From an uncultured Bacteroidales bacterium (GTDB lineage Bacteria > Bacteroidota > Bacteroidia > Bacteroidales > UBA10428): a DNA stretch of 64,000 nt. Location: contig CAYWCR010000005.1 in assembly GCA_964456825.1 (NCBI GenBank), forward strand, positions 9,305 to 73,304, in the 5' to 3' direction. Of this stretch, positions 1 to 9,095 are shown one piece after another. The position numbers and the translations under genes were made by a program. The notes beneath the pieces were generated by a model that was not told where the DNA came from, ran no database searches, and saw only the letters and a program-made list of their open reading frames with translations. Each line of letters starts with the position of its first letter. The stretch's first letter is position 1.

Positions 1-601
1 TAAGGCACTGATCCCTGGTTGACAACGCATCATTGATGAAACAGTTGCCGACAATCCCTTGCTGGGTAACGATAAAATTAATGACAACGGTACCTCCTCC
101 CTGGCATTTATAAGTGGGGACATAGATATCTCTGACATGCCAGCGGTTGTTGAGATTGTACTGAATTGTTGCATTGGCTTTGTAAATGATATTCTTTATT
201 TCTTTTGGTTTTTCCGGCTTTTTTTCCTCCTGCTGCACAACAGGTTCATTTTCCGGACTTTCAATCTTATTTTCAGGCTTCAGCGATTCAATACCCAGCT
301 CCTCCATTACTTCCTGCTCATATTTTTCCGTACTGATCTCTTCCTGCATCTTTTCAGCCGTGTTTACGGCGATGTTATGGATGGTTTGCATGTCAAGGGA
401 AGGAATTTCTACCGGTTCCGAAACCTGTTTGATGATCTCCTCAACGGTTTGAATTTCATCCATTAATTCAATGAGCATTTGTTCCTCGTGCTTTTCCCTG
501 ACTTCGCCAATTTTCATAAAGAGAAATCCAAGAATCAGCAGCAAATGAACAATGATGGTCCCTAAAATGCCATTTATATTATTAACCAGGAAGGCTTTCA
601 C
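1..601 (-). CDS. TonB C-terminal-like (energy transducer TonB family) membrane protein, 3'-partial
   Basis: Not in the ORF track because it runs off the window edge. Hand translation from GTG at 601 is open to position 2: VKAFLVNNINGILGTIIVHLLLILGFLFMK (one TM), an acidic/Pro-Lys linker (EPVEIP...KKPEKPKE), then IYVPTYKCQGGGTVVINFIVTQQGIV...DQCL, the Bacteroidota TonB_C-like motif. Confidence 0.75.
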   Translation of the reverse strand, partial: MKAFLVNNINGILGTIIVHLLLILGFLFMKIGEVREKHEEQMLIELMDEIQTVEEIIKQVSEPVEIPSLDMQTIHNIAVNTAEKMQEEISTEKYEQEVMEELGIESLKPENKIESPENEPVVQQEEKKPEKPKEIKNIIYKANATIQYNLNNRWHVRDIYVPTYKCQGGGTVVINFIVTQQGIVGNCFINDALSTRDQCL

Positions 602-626
602 AGGGTTAATTAATTTTCATTCTCTG

Positions 627-634
627 CAAAAATA
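627..634 (-). promoter_or_regulatory. Bacteroidota sigma-70 -7 element (TATTTTTG) for the TonB-like gene
   Basis: CAAAAATA on + reads TAnnTTTG on -, 26 nt upstream of the GTG. Confidence 0.5.
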
Positions 635-725
635 ATAATTACTGTCAATTTTAATGGCTTTCAGATGACGAGTATCCACCGAAAAGTGAACAGCCACTTA
701 TCATTTGTAGTCATTCTGCGGTTTT

Positions 726-940
726 TCAGCAGGAAACAGCAATTTTAAAGGCACGCTCAACGGTACCCGATAGCCGGATAATATATATCCCGGGTTTCAT
801 GGCCGGAAGTGCAACCGCATGTGTCTTTACTGCATGGAGGTGTTCAGTGAACATGCACTGGCCCCGGAGATCGACTGTCCCGGTGCCGGCATTCGCATCA
901 GGATAACAGCCATTAAGGAGAGGAAAATTACTCTTTTCAT
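726..940 (-). pseudogene. Relic of a T9SS cargo gene: signal peptide joined out of frame to half of a T9SS C-terminal sorting domain
   Basis: ATG940 gives MKRVIFLSLMAVILMRMPAPGQ... and stops at 827. The overlapping frame gives VDLRGQCMFTEHLHAVKTHAVALPAMKPGIYIIRLSGTVERAFKIAVSC*, resembling the second half of a Por secretion CTD. Confidence 0.45.
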
Positions 941-1001
941 GGAAAAGGACCGTAATCAACAGTAAAATTACATTTTTTGAATTCGTTTTATCAACAATGG
1001 C

Positions 1002-1009
1002 TATTTTTG
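1002..1009 (+). promoter_or_regulatory. Sigma-70 -7 element (TATTTTTG)
   Basis: Exact TAnnTTTG 30 nt before ATG1039; supports 1039 rather than 997 as the start. Confidence 0.55.
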
Positions 1010-1038
1010 TATCGTGGTTTTGTCCTATTCCATTTGCC

Positions 1039-3900
1039 ATGACCTCACATAACCAATTCCTGTTTTTCCTAATTTTACTTACATCTCAGGTGAAAGGGCA
1101 GTTTTTTTCCCAGGGTGAGGATCCTGCATCGGTGAAATGGGAAAAGATCAGGACTGAAAACTTCAGGCTCATCTATCCCAGCGGATTTTATGCCGAGGCC
1201 AACCGTTTTGCCAACCTGCTCGAGTATTACCGGCCTTATACTTCCTATTCGTTGAAAAATATTCCGGGGAAGATCCCCGTGATCATCCATACCCGGTCAG
1301 TGAATTCAAACGCATTTGTTACCTGGGCTCCCCGGCGCATGGAAGTTGTGGCCCTGCCAGGTCAGGACAATTTTGCCCAGGATTGGTTTGAGCATCTTGC
1401 CTTGCATGAATACCGTCATGTTGTTCAGATCGATAAGTTCCATCAGGGAATGACAAAGGGATTATCCTGGATTTTCGGAGAAATGGCAACAGGAGCCGCC
1501 TCTGCCTACATGCCGCAATGGTTTCTGGAGGGAGATGCGGTGGTAAATGAAACGGCTGTTTCTTCAGCCGGAAGAGGCCGTTTGCCTTCTTTTGATATGG
1601 AACTGCGGGCATCCATACTGGATTCGGACAGAAAACTATCCTATGACCAGGCGTTCAATGGATCTTATAAGGTTTTTATACCGGATCATTATCAGTTCGG
1701 TTACCATATGGTCAGCTATGCCCGGATCCGATACGGGTCTGAATTCTGGGAAAAAGCCATCAGTTTTTCAGCGCGGAATCCTTATCTCCTTGCCCCGTTA
1801 AGTTTATACAGCCTCAGGCATACAGGCATGAACCGGGCGCAATTATACAACAAGGCCATGGATTCGGTAAGGATTGTCTGGGACAATAACCTGCGGGATA
1901 TCAGAGAAAGTTATTATTCCAGGGTCATGATAAAGGAAAGCGACGGTTACCGGCAGTACAAATTGCCACAATCCCTGTCGGATAAAAGCTTCATTGCCCT
2001 GAAAACCGGCATTGACCTGCTGGATCAGATAGTCCGTATCGACAGTACCGGAAAAGAAAAGAAATTGATTGAAATAGGATCATCCGATGAACTGAATCTT
2101 TCTGCCGGTGATCACTATATTATCTGGGACGAAATAGTGGGGGATCCACGATGGAGCGGCAGGAGCTATTCGGTTATTAAGTCCTACCATATACCATCAG
2201 CAAGCAAAAAACAGCTGACCCGGAAAACCCGTTATTTTTTACCTGATATTTCAGATGATGAAACTAAAATCGTTGCTGTTGAGACAGATATAGAAAACAA
2301 CAATTTTATAGTCATCCTGCAGAATCCCGGCGGGGAGTTGCTGAAAAGGATTCCTTCACCGGAGAATAAAGTCCTTCAGTTTCCTGCATGGATGAACGGC
2401 GAAGAGGTCGTGCTGGTCACTTTCAACGGAAAAGAGAAATGCATTGAAACGGTAAATATAGAAAACGGTGCATGGAAAATCCTGTTCCATGCAGGCAAAA
2501 TGGATGTGGCAGAGCCAGCGGCATGGCGGCAATATGTTATATTCAGGGCATCCTATAATGGGGTGGAGAACATTTATGCCGTGTACCCGGAAGGCGGCCT
2601 GTACCAGATAACCTCATCAGCCTGGGGGGCATTTCATCCTGCGGTGACCGCTGACAGTGGAAACCTGGTTTATTCCAACTACACTTCCCACGGATTTGAA
2701 CTCGCCATGATACCCCTGGATGCTAAGCGCTGGAAGGCTGTGCAACCCGTTCAGCAATTCGCAAATCCCTGGCCTGAAAAGCTGAAGCAACAGGAAATGA
2801 TGGCTGAAAAACAGTTAAAAAGTGTCTTTCAGCAATATGATGCTGCGCCATACATCAAATCAGCAGGCCTTTTCAAATTTCACAGCTGGCTGCCCTTTTA
2901 TATGGATCTGGATGAGAACAATCTGTCCATTGATTTTCAGACCATCAGACCGGGAGTAATGCTATTTTCACAAAATCTCCTGGGTACGGCATTTTCAACA
3001 CTCAGTTACCGGTACGACAATGGCTACAACATCTTCAGGCCAAGCTTTACATTCAGGGGATGGTATCCGGTATTCAGTTTCACGGCAACATTGGGCGGAC
3101 CGGTAAGCATTTTGCCCTGGCCCGATGATGTTCCATTGCCGGAAATACAGGCATACCAGAAAGTCGTTACCGCAAAAACCTATATTCCGCTGTTCTTTAC
3201 GAATGGAAAGTTCCTGAAAGTTGTTCAACCGCAACTTGAATATGAATGGTCAAATACATTTTATTACAATGGATTATTCAAATCAGGTCTAACCAGGATC
3301 CACGCCAGTTTCTATACCTATCGGTATCTGCGTTCATCACTCAGGGACCTTTACCCGAAGTGGGGCCAATTCCTCTCCCTGACCTACACCGGTACACCTT
3401 CTGATGAAGGTCAGTTCGGAAACCTCTGGACGGCCAGGGCTGATCTCTATTTTCCGGGGATACTGAAGCATCACAGCCTGAGATTCGGTGCAGGGTATCA
3501 GCGGCAACTGCTGCAGCAATTTTACCTGCCGGTCATCCGCATTTCTTTTCCGCGGGGATACAGGAATTATTTCGCCGAAGAATTCATGAAGGTGAGTGCA
3601 AATTACGCTTTCCCCCTGCTGTATCCCGATTTTTCACTGAGCTGGTTACTATACATCAAAAGGATGTCTGCCAATTTGTTTTATGATCTGAGTTACGGGG
3701 TCAATATACAGGAAGTTGAAGAGGACCGGAGAGAATCCTATACCGGAATGTATCATTCAACCGGAGTGGAATTACTGGCCGATATAAACCTGCTCAGGAT
3801 TGTGTTCCCGTTTCGGGCCGGTATACGGTATTCTTATTTACCGATGCTGAATACCCATCATGTTGAAATGCTTTTTACCATCGATACCGACATTTTCTGA
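1039..3900 (+). CDS. Outer-membrane protein: zinc metallopeptidase-like (HExxH) domain + TolB/WD40-like propeller + C-terminal beta-barrel (Omp85-like)
   Basis: Signal peptide MTSHNQFLFFLILLTSQVKG, LHEYRHVVQ and downstream WFLEGDAV, propeller-like repeats (PDIS.DETKIV, HPAVTADSGNLVYSNY), amphipathic strands and a terminal Phe. Confidence 0.7.
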   Translation: MTSHNQFLFFLILLTSQVKGQFFSQGEDPASVKWEKIRTENFRLIYPSGFYAEANRFANLLEYYRPYTSYSLKNIPGKIPVIIHTRSVNSNAFVTWAPRRMEVVALPGQDNFAQDWFEHLALHEYRHVVQIDKFHQGMTKGLSWIFGEMATGAASAYMPQWFLEGDAVVNETAVSSAGRGRLPSFDMELRASILDSDRKLSYDQAFNGSYKVFIPDHYQFGYHMVSYARIRYGSEFWEKAISFSARNPYLLAPLSLYSLRHTGMNRAQLYNKAMDSVRIVWDNNLRDIRESYYSRVMIKESDGYRQYKLPQSLSDKSFIALKTGIDLLDQIVRIDSTGKEKKLIEIGSSDELNLSAGDHYIIWDEIVGDPRWSGRSYSVIKSYHIPSASKKQLTRKTRYFLPDISDDETKIVAVETDIENNNFIVILQNPGGELLKRIPSPENKVLQFPAWMNGEEVVLVTFNGKEKCIETVNIENGAWKILFHAGKMDVAEPAAWRQYVIFRASYNGVENIYAVYPEGGLYQITSSAWGAFHPAVTADSGNLVYSNYTSHGFELAMIPLDAKRWKAVQPVQQFANPWPEKLKQQEMMAEKQLKSVFQQYDAAPYIKSAGLFKFHSWLPFYMDLDENNLSIDFQTIRPGVMLFSQNLLGTAFSTLSYRYDNGYNIFRPSFTFRGWYPVFSFTATLGGPVSILPWPDDVPLPEIQAYQKVVTAKTYIPLFFTNGKFLKVVQPQLEYEWSNTFYYNGLFKSGLTRIHASFYTYRYLRSSLRDLYPKWGQFLSLTYTGTPSDEGQFGNLWTARADLYFPGILKHHSLRFGAGYQRQLLQQFYLPVIRISFPRGYRNYFAEEFMKVSANYAFPLLYPDFSLSWLLYIKRMSANLFYDLSYGVNIQEVEEDRRESYTGMYHSTGVELLADINLLRIVFPFRAGIRYSYLPMLNTHHVEMLFTIDTDIF

Positions 3901-3932
3901 TCCCCGGTAAATTCCCTTTCGGGGGTTGACCC

Positions 3933-6900
3933 TTAATATTCGTCCCAGCTTTTAATGGTTATATCGTCGAGTTTAAGTTTGCAGATGGCCAGCAAAAAAG
4001 CACTGGCCAGTCGCGCATTGGTGATGAGCGGAATGTTATAATCAATGGCACTGCGACGGATCGTATAGTCATTGCTGAGTTCTGATTTGGAAAGATCCTT
4101 GGGTATGTTGATCACAAGATCGATCATCTTGTTTTTGAGATAATCCAGGGTATTGGGCTTTTTATTTTCATCGGGCCAATGTAAAACCGTACAGGAAATG
4201 CCATTCATCTCCAGAAACTGGGCTGTCCCGAGGGTGGCGAAGAGATTGTATCCTTTTTCAGCCAGCGTCCGGCAGCTGTTGACCAGCTCGACTTTTGAGC
4301 GCATTGGTCCGGTAGATAAGAGGATATTTTTTTTCGGATAAGTGTATCCTACCGACAACATGGATTTCAGAATAGCATCGTAAAAAGTTTCACCGATGCA
4401 TCCGACTTCTCCGGTGGACGCCATATCCACACCCAGTACGGGATCAGCTTTTTGCAACCGCGAAAAGGAGAACTGGGGTGCCTTTATTCCGATGCAGTCA
4501 AGATCAAATATTGATTTGTTGGGTTTTTCAACCTGATTCCCCAGCAATATTTGTGTTGCCAGTTCAATGAAATTAACTTTCAATACTTTTGAAACAAAAG
4601 GAAAACTCCGGGAAGCGCGAAGGTTGCATTCAATAACTTTGATGTCATTATCCTTGGCCAGAAACTGGATATTAAAAGGGCCACTGATCTCAAGCGCTTT
4701 GGCTATTTGCCTGGAAATCTTTTTAATCCTCCTCATGGTCTCAAAATAGATCTTTTGCGCCGGAAAAACGATGGTGGCATCTCCGGAATGCACACCGGCA
4801 AATTCGACATGTTCACTGATGGCATAGGCAACCAGTTCGCCTTCCCTGGCAACGGCATCGATCTCAATCTCCTTTGCCTGTTCAATGAATTCGGATACCA
4901 CAACCGGGTATTGCCGCGAGACCCTGGCAGCAATGTTCAGATAGTGTTCCATTTCTTCCTTGTTGGATACCACGTTCATGGCAGCACCGGAAAGCACATA
5001 GGAAGGCCGTATCAATACAGGGAAACCGACCTCATCAACGAAATCATTGATTTCTCTCACGCTGGTAAGCTCTTTCCACCTTGGCTGATCAATTTTTAAA
5101 CGGTCGCACAACAGGGAAAACTTGTGCCGGTCTTCGGCATTGTCAATGGAAACGGGAGAAGTTCCCAGGATATGGACGTTTTGTTTGTGAAGCCTCATGG
5201 CCAGGTTATTGGGTATCTGGCCGCCCATGGAGAGAATAATACCCCTGGGTTGCTCAAGTTCAATTATGTCCATGACCCTTTCAAAAGAAAGCTCGTCAAA
5301 GTACAGCCGGTCGCAAACATCATAGTCGGTGCTCACGGTCTCGGGATTGTAATTGATCATAACCGACTGGTAACCTGCTTTGTTGATAGCATACAAAGCA
5401 TTAACACTGCACCAGTCGAATTCCACACTGCTGCCGATCCGGTAAGCGCCAGATCCTAAAACAATAACAGATTTATTATCAGCAGAATATTCAATGTCAT
5501 TAGAACTTCCGCTGTAAGTCATGTAGAGATAATTGGTTTTGGCCGGGTATTCTGCTGCGAGGGTATCAATTTGCTTGACGCAGGGCAGGAGGTTATGTTT
5601 TTTCCTGTAAGCCCTGACTTCCAACAGTCCGTCCTGCATGGTTTCACTTTCTTGCTTCAACACATACCGGGCAATCTGAAAATCCGAAAAGCCATAAACT
5701 TTTGCTTTTCTCAGCAGCTCCATAGGGGTGTCCTGAAGGGTATTATGCTGTTCGAGCTGATTTTTCAGATTATGGATATTTCTAAGTTTATACAGGAACC
5801 AGGGATCAATTTTTGTCAGTTCATGGATCTTTTCTATGGAATACCCTTTTTCAAAAGCTGCAGCAATCACAAAGATCCGCATATCCGTGGGTTCGGACAA
5901 TTCCTTTTCCAGATCTTCAAACGCAAGATCGCGGTTGCCGACAAAACCATGCATACCCTGGCCGATCATGCGCAATCCTTTTTGTATGGTTTCTTCAAAA
6001 GTACGGCCAATGGCCATTACTTCACCGACACTTTTCATGCTGCTTCCGATCTGTTTTGAAACGCCGATGAATTTATTAAGGTCCCAGCGGGGTATTTTAC
6101 AAACGATATAATCAAGTGCCGGTTCGAAAAATGCCGAGGTAGTTTTGGTAATGGAATTCCTGATTTCATGCAGGCCATAGCCGACTCCTAGTTTAGCCGC
6201 CACAAAGGCCAGCGGATAACCGGTGGCTTTTGATGCCAGGGCACTGGATCTTGAAAGACGTGCATTCACTTCAATAACCCGGTAATCTTCCGAATAAGGA
6301 TCGAGGGCATATTGAATATTGCACTCGCCGACGATGCCGATGTGCCGGATAATTTTAATGGCCAGCTGTCGCAGGTTATGATATTCAGCGTTGGTGAGCG
6401 TCTGCGATGGAGCAACCACAATGCTTTCACCGGTATGAATCCCCAGGGGATCGAAATTCTCCATATTGCATACCGTGATGCAGTTGTCGTAACGGTCGCG
6501 CACCACTTCATATTCAACTTCCTTCCATCCCTTCAGCGATTTTTCAACCAGTATCTGAGGTGCATAAGAGAATGCCTTATCCGCCATACGGCTCAGTTCT
6601 GCTTCATTATTGCAAAAACCGCTGCCCTGGCCGCCCAGTGTATAGGCCGCCCGGATTATTACGGGATATCCCAGTTTTTCTGCTGCCCCGACGGCATCAT
6701 CGCTGCTGGTAACCGCTATGCTTTGTATCGTTTTAACATTTATTTCATTCAGCTTTTTAACGAACAGATCACGGTCTTCCGTATCCATAATGGCCTGAAC
6801 GGGAGTTCCAAGAACCCTTACCTGGTGTTTTGCCAGGATCCCGTTTCGAAACAAATCAATACCGCAGTTTAATGCTGTCTGGCCTCCAAACGATAGCAAT

Positions 6901-7151
6901 ATCCCGTCAGGTTTTTCTTTCTCTATGATTTTTTCAACGAAATAGGGCGTGACCGGGAGGAAATATATCCTGTCTGCAAAGCCTTCAGAGGTTTGAACCG
7001 TTGCAATGTTGGGATTGATAAGGACTGTGTAAATCCCTTCTTCCTTTAACGCCTTTAATGCCTGTGAACCGGAATAGTCAAATTCACCTGCTTCTCCTAT
7101 TTTTAGTGCTCCTGAACCCAGCAGAATTACCTTATGAATTGCATTATCCAT
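3933..7151 (-). CDS. carB: Carbamoyl-phosphate synthase large subunit
   Basis: LGSGALKIGEAGEFDYSG, two ATP-grasp halves (EVNARLSRSSALASKATGYP; ECNLRASRS) and a C-terminal MGS domain; 1072 aa. Confidence 0.98.
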   Translation of the reverse strand: MDNAIHKVILLGSGALKIGEAGEFDYSGSQALKALKEEGIYTVLINPNIATVQTSEGFADRIYFLPVTPYFVEKIIEKEKPDGILLSFGGQTALNCGIDLFRNGILAKHQVRVLGTPVQAIMDTEDRDLFVKKLNEINVKTIQSIAVTSSDDAVGAAEKLGYPVIIRAAYTLGGQGSGFCNNEAELSRMADKAFSYAPQILVEKSLKGWKEVEYEVVRDRYDNCITVCNMENFDPLGIHTGESIVVAPSQTLTNAEYHNLRQLAIKIIRHIGIVGECNIQYALDPYSEDYRVIEVNARLSRSSALASKATGYPLAFVAAKLGVGYGLHEIRNSITKTTSAFFEPALDYIVCKIPRWDLNKFIGVSKQIGSSMKSVGEVMAIGRTFEETIQKGLRMIGQGMHGFVGNRDLAFEDLEKELSEPTDMRIFVIAAAFEKGYSIEKIHELTKIDPWFLYKLRNIHNLKNQLEQHNTLQDTPMELLRKAKVYGFSDFQIARYVLKQESETMQDGLLEVRAYRKKHNLLPCVKQIDTLAAEYPAKTNYLYMTYSGSSNDIEYSADNKSVIVLGSGAYRIGSSVEFDWCSVNALYAINKAGYQSVMINYNPETVSTDYDVCDRLYFDELSFERVMDIIELEQPRGIILSMGGQIPNNLAMRLHKQNVHILGTSPVSIDNAEDRHKFSLLCDRLKIDQPRWKELTSVREINDFVDEVGFPVLIRPSYVLSGAAMNVVSNKEEMEHYLNIAARVSRQYPVVVSEFIEQAKEIEIDAVAREGELVAYAISEHVEFAGVHSGDATIVFPAQKIYFETMRRIKKISRQIAKALEISGPFNIQFLAKDNDIKVIECNLRASRSFPFVSKVLKVNFIELATQILLGNQVEKPNKSIFDLDCIGIKAPQFSFSRLQKADPVLGVDMASTGEVGCIGETFYDAILKSMLSVGYTYPKKNILLSTGPMRSKVELVNSCRTLAEKGYNLFATLGTAQFLEMNGISCTVLHWPDENKKPNTLDYLKNKMIDLVINIPKDLSKSELSNDYTIRRSAIDYNIPLITNARLASAFLLAICKLKLDDITIKSWDEY

Positions 7152-7194
7152 GAATATTTGCTATCCGTGAAAAATTCTGGAAATAAAGTTGGCG

Positions 7195-7202
7195 CAAAAT
7201 TA
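7195..7202 (-). promoter_or_regulatory. Sigma-70 -7 element (TAATTTTG) for carB
   Basis: CAAAATTA on +, 43 nt upstream of the carB ATG. Confidence 0.6.
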
Positions 7203-7239
7203 CAATTATTTTTAAATTGTACTTGTATATTTATAAATT

Positions 7240-7278
7240 TTTGTATACTTTTGCATAATCAATGAATAATTATTCATC
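7240..7278. promoter_or_regulatory. Tandem ARG boxes (ArgR operator) overlapping the argR promoter
   Basis: 18 bp tttGTATACTTTTGCAta + 3 bp atc + 18 bp aaTGAATAATTATTCAtc (perfect TGAAT-N4-ATTCA core). The TACTTTTG -7 element (7246-7253) lies inside box 1. Confidence 0.85.
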
Positions 7279-7281
7279 ATC

Positions 7282-7758
7282 ATGGGAAACAGAACGGAAC
7301 GATTGCTGACCATCCGCAATATCATATCTAGCCGGAAGGTATCAAGCCAGGAAGAATTGCTGAGCCTGTTGGAAGATAAGGGGCTGACCTTTACCCAGGC
7401 AACCCTGTCGAGGGACTTGAAGTTCCTGAAAGTGAATAAAATTTCAGACAGTGAAAAGGGATATATCTATGAATTGCCGGATCAGCATAATGCTCCGGGC
7501 CATGAACTGGCCGAGAGTTATGCCGCAAAGGGTTTTGTTTCCATCAAGTTTGCCAATAAGATGGGTGTGATAAGGACCCTTCCGGGATATGCCCCCAGCA
7601 TAGCCTCGCTTATTGACCAGACCAATCCTTTTGAGATCCTGGGGACCCTGGCCGGAGACGATACCATCTTATTGATCCCCCACGAAAATGTGTCGGAACA
7701 GGATATCATCAATACCCTTGTTCTTATCATACCGGAATTAAAGAATAAATTAAAATAA
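7282..7758 (+). CDS. argR: Arginine repressor
   Basis: SSQEELL, TQATLSRDL winged helix, RTLPGYAPSIA, GTLAGDDTIL. Confidence 0.97.
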   Translation: MGNRTERLLTIRNIISSRKVSSQEELLSLLEDKGLTFTQATLSRDLKFLKVNKISDSEKGYIYELPDQHNAPGHELAESYAAKGFVSIKFANKMGVIRTLPGYAPSIASLIDQTNPFEILGTLAGDDTILLIPHENVSEQDIINTLVLIIPELKNKLK

Positions 7759-7773
7759 CCATACAATCACAGC

Positions 7774-9024
7774 ATGAAGGAAAAGAAGAAAAAGGGGAAA
7801 GTTGTGTTGGCCTACAGCGGAGGCCTTGACACATCCGTAATTCTGAAATGGCTTATTGAAAGAGGATATGAAGTGATAGCCTATGTGGCGGATGTTGGAC
7901 AGGATGATGATTTTGCTGCTGTTGAAAAGAAAGCGCTGAAAGTTGGTGCTGCAAAAGTATACATTAAAAATCTGAGGAAAGAATTTGTTACGGATTATAT
8001 ATTCCCGGCCCTGAAGGCAAATGCCATGTATGAAAACCGGTATTTATTGGGTACTGCCCTGGCCAGGCCATTGATCGCAAAGCATCAGATCAGGATTGCG
8101 GAAATGGAAAGGGCCAATATTGTATCGCATGGTGCCACCGGGAAAGGAAATGATCAGGTTCGTTTTGAACTATCCTATTATGCGCTGAACCCGAAAATTA
8201 AGGTCCTTTCTCCCTGGAAAACCCAGGAGTTTCTGGACCAGTTTAAGGGGAGAACCGATATGCTGAATTATGCAAAGCGTCATAATATTCCTGTTAAAGC
8301 CACGGTCTCCAAACCATACAGCGAAGATGACAACCTTATGCACATCAGTCATGAAGCCGGCATTCTTGAAGACCCAAAATACAAGGCAGAAAAGGAAATG
8401 TTCACCAAGATAGTGGCACCACAGGATGCACCCGACAGGGAAACGCATCTTGAAATCCATTTTAAGGACGGACTGCCCGTTAAGGTAGTAAACCGGAAGG
8501 AAAAAATATCGCAGGACAAGCCACTGCCTTTGTATTTGTACCTGAACAAGGTGGGGGGAGAGAACGGGATCGGATTGCTGGACATGGTAGAAAACAGGTT
8601 TGTCGGCATTAAATCCAGGGGTGTCTATGAAACGCCAGCCGGAACCATTCTGTTAAAGGCCCACATGGATATTGAGGGCATAGCCATGGACCGTGAAGTA
8701 ATGCGGTTAAGGAACATGCTTTCGCCGGTTTTTTCAGAACTGGTTTACAATGGTTTCTGGTTCAGTCCCGAAATGGATTTTCTGCGGGCGGCCATTGACA
8801 AAAGCCAGGAAATTATCGATGGCATTGTATACCTGACCCTGTACAAGGGAAATGTTATCATTGACGGGAGAGAATCTCCGAGTTCGCTTTATGACAAGGA
8901 ATTATCGAGTATGGATATCGAGGGCGGATTTGACCAGAAGGACAGTTCGGGATTCATCAAGATCAATGCCATACGGCTGATGGCGCATAATGCAATACTC
9001 AGAAAAAAGGGTAAATCACGCTAG
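7774..9024 (+). CDS. argG: Argininosuccinate synthase
   Basis: [50 protein letters not shown]. Confidence 0.98.
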   Translation: MKEKKKKGKVVLAYSGGLDTSVILKWLIERGYEVIAYVADVGQDDDFAAVEKKALKVGAAKVYIKNLRKEFVTDYIFPALKANAMYENRYLLGTALARPLIAKHQIRIAEMERANIVSHGATGKGNDQVRFELSYYALNPKIKVLSPWKTQEFLDQFKGRTDMLNYAKRHNIPVKATVSKPYSEDDNLMHISHEAGILEDPKYKAEKEMFTKIVAPQDAPDRETHLEIHFKDGLPVKVVNRKEKISQDKPLPLYLYLNKVGGENGIGLLDMVENRFVGIKSRGVYETPAGTILLKAHMDIEGIAMDREVMRLRNMLSPVFSELVYNGFWFSPEMDFLRAAIDKSQEIIDGIVYLTLYKGNVIIDGRESPSSLYDKELSSMDIEGGFDQKDSSGFIKINAIRLMAHNAILRKKGKSR

Positions 9025-9095
9025 GTTATTGCCGGAATACTTAATTGGAATAAGGGGATGGAGAATGGCATTCCCCTGAATAATAATGGGCTGTA

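Noticed and set aside
59-466. Plus-strand ORFs 59-466 and 186-452
   Set aside because: They are antisense shadows of the TonB-like gene, which reads cleanly on the minus strand.
726-1040. 104-aa ORF as an intact protein
   Set aside because: Its N-terminal half overlaps the divergent promoter region and has no signal peptide; only the 3' half looks protein-like, so it is treated as a relic.
3901-3930. GC-rich imperfect hairpin between the convergent OMP gene and carB
   Set aside because: The stem is short with a long loop and no T-tract; I cannot support a terminator call.
9053-9077. Hairpin in the argG-argH spacer whose loop (GAGAATGG) equals the gltB antiterminator strand
   Set aside because: It is a bulged 8-bp stem without a U-tract, and an 8-nt match in 64 kb is expected by chance.
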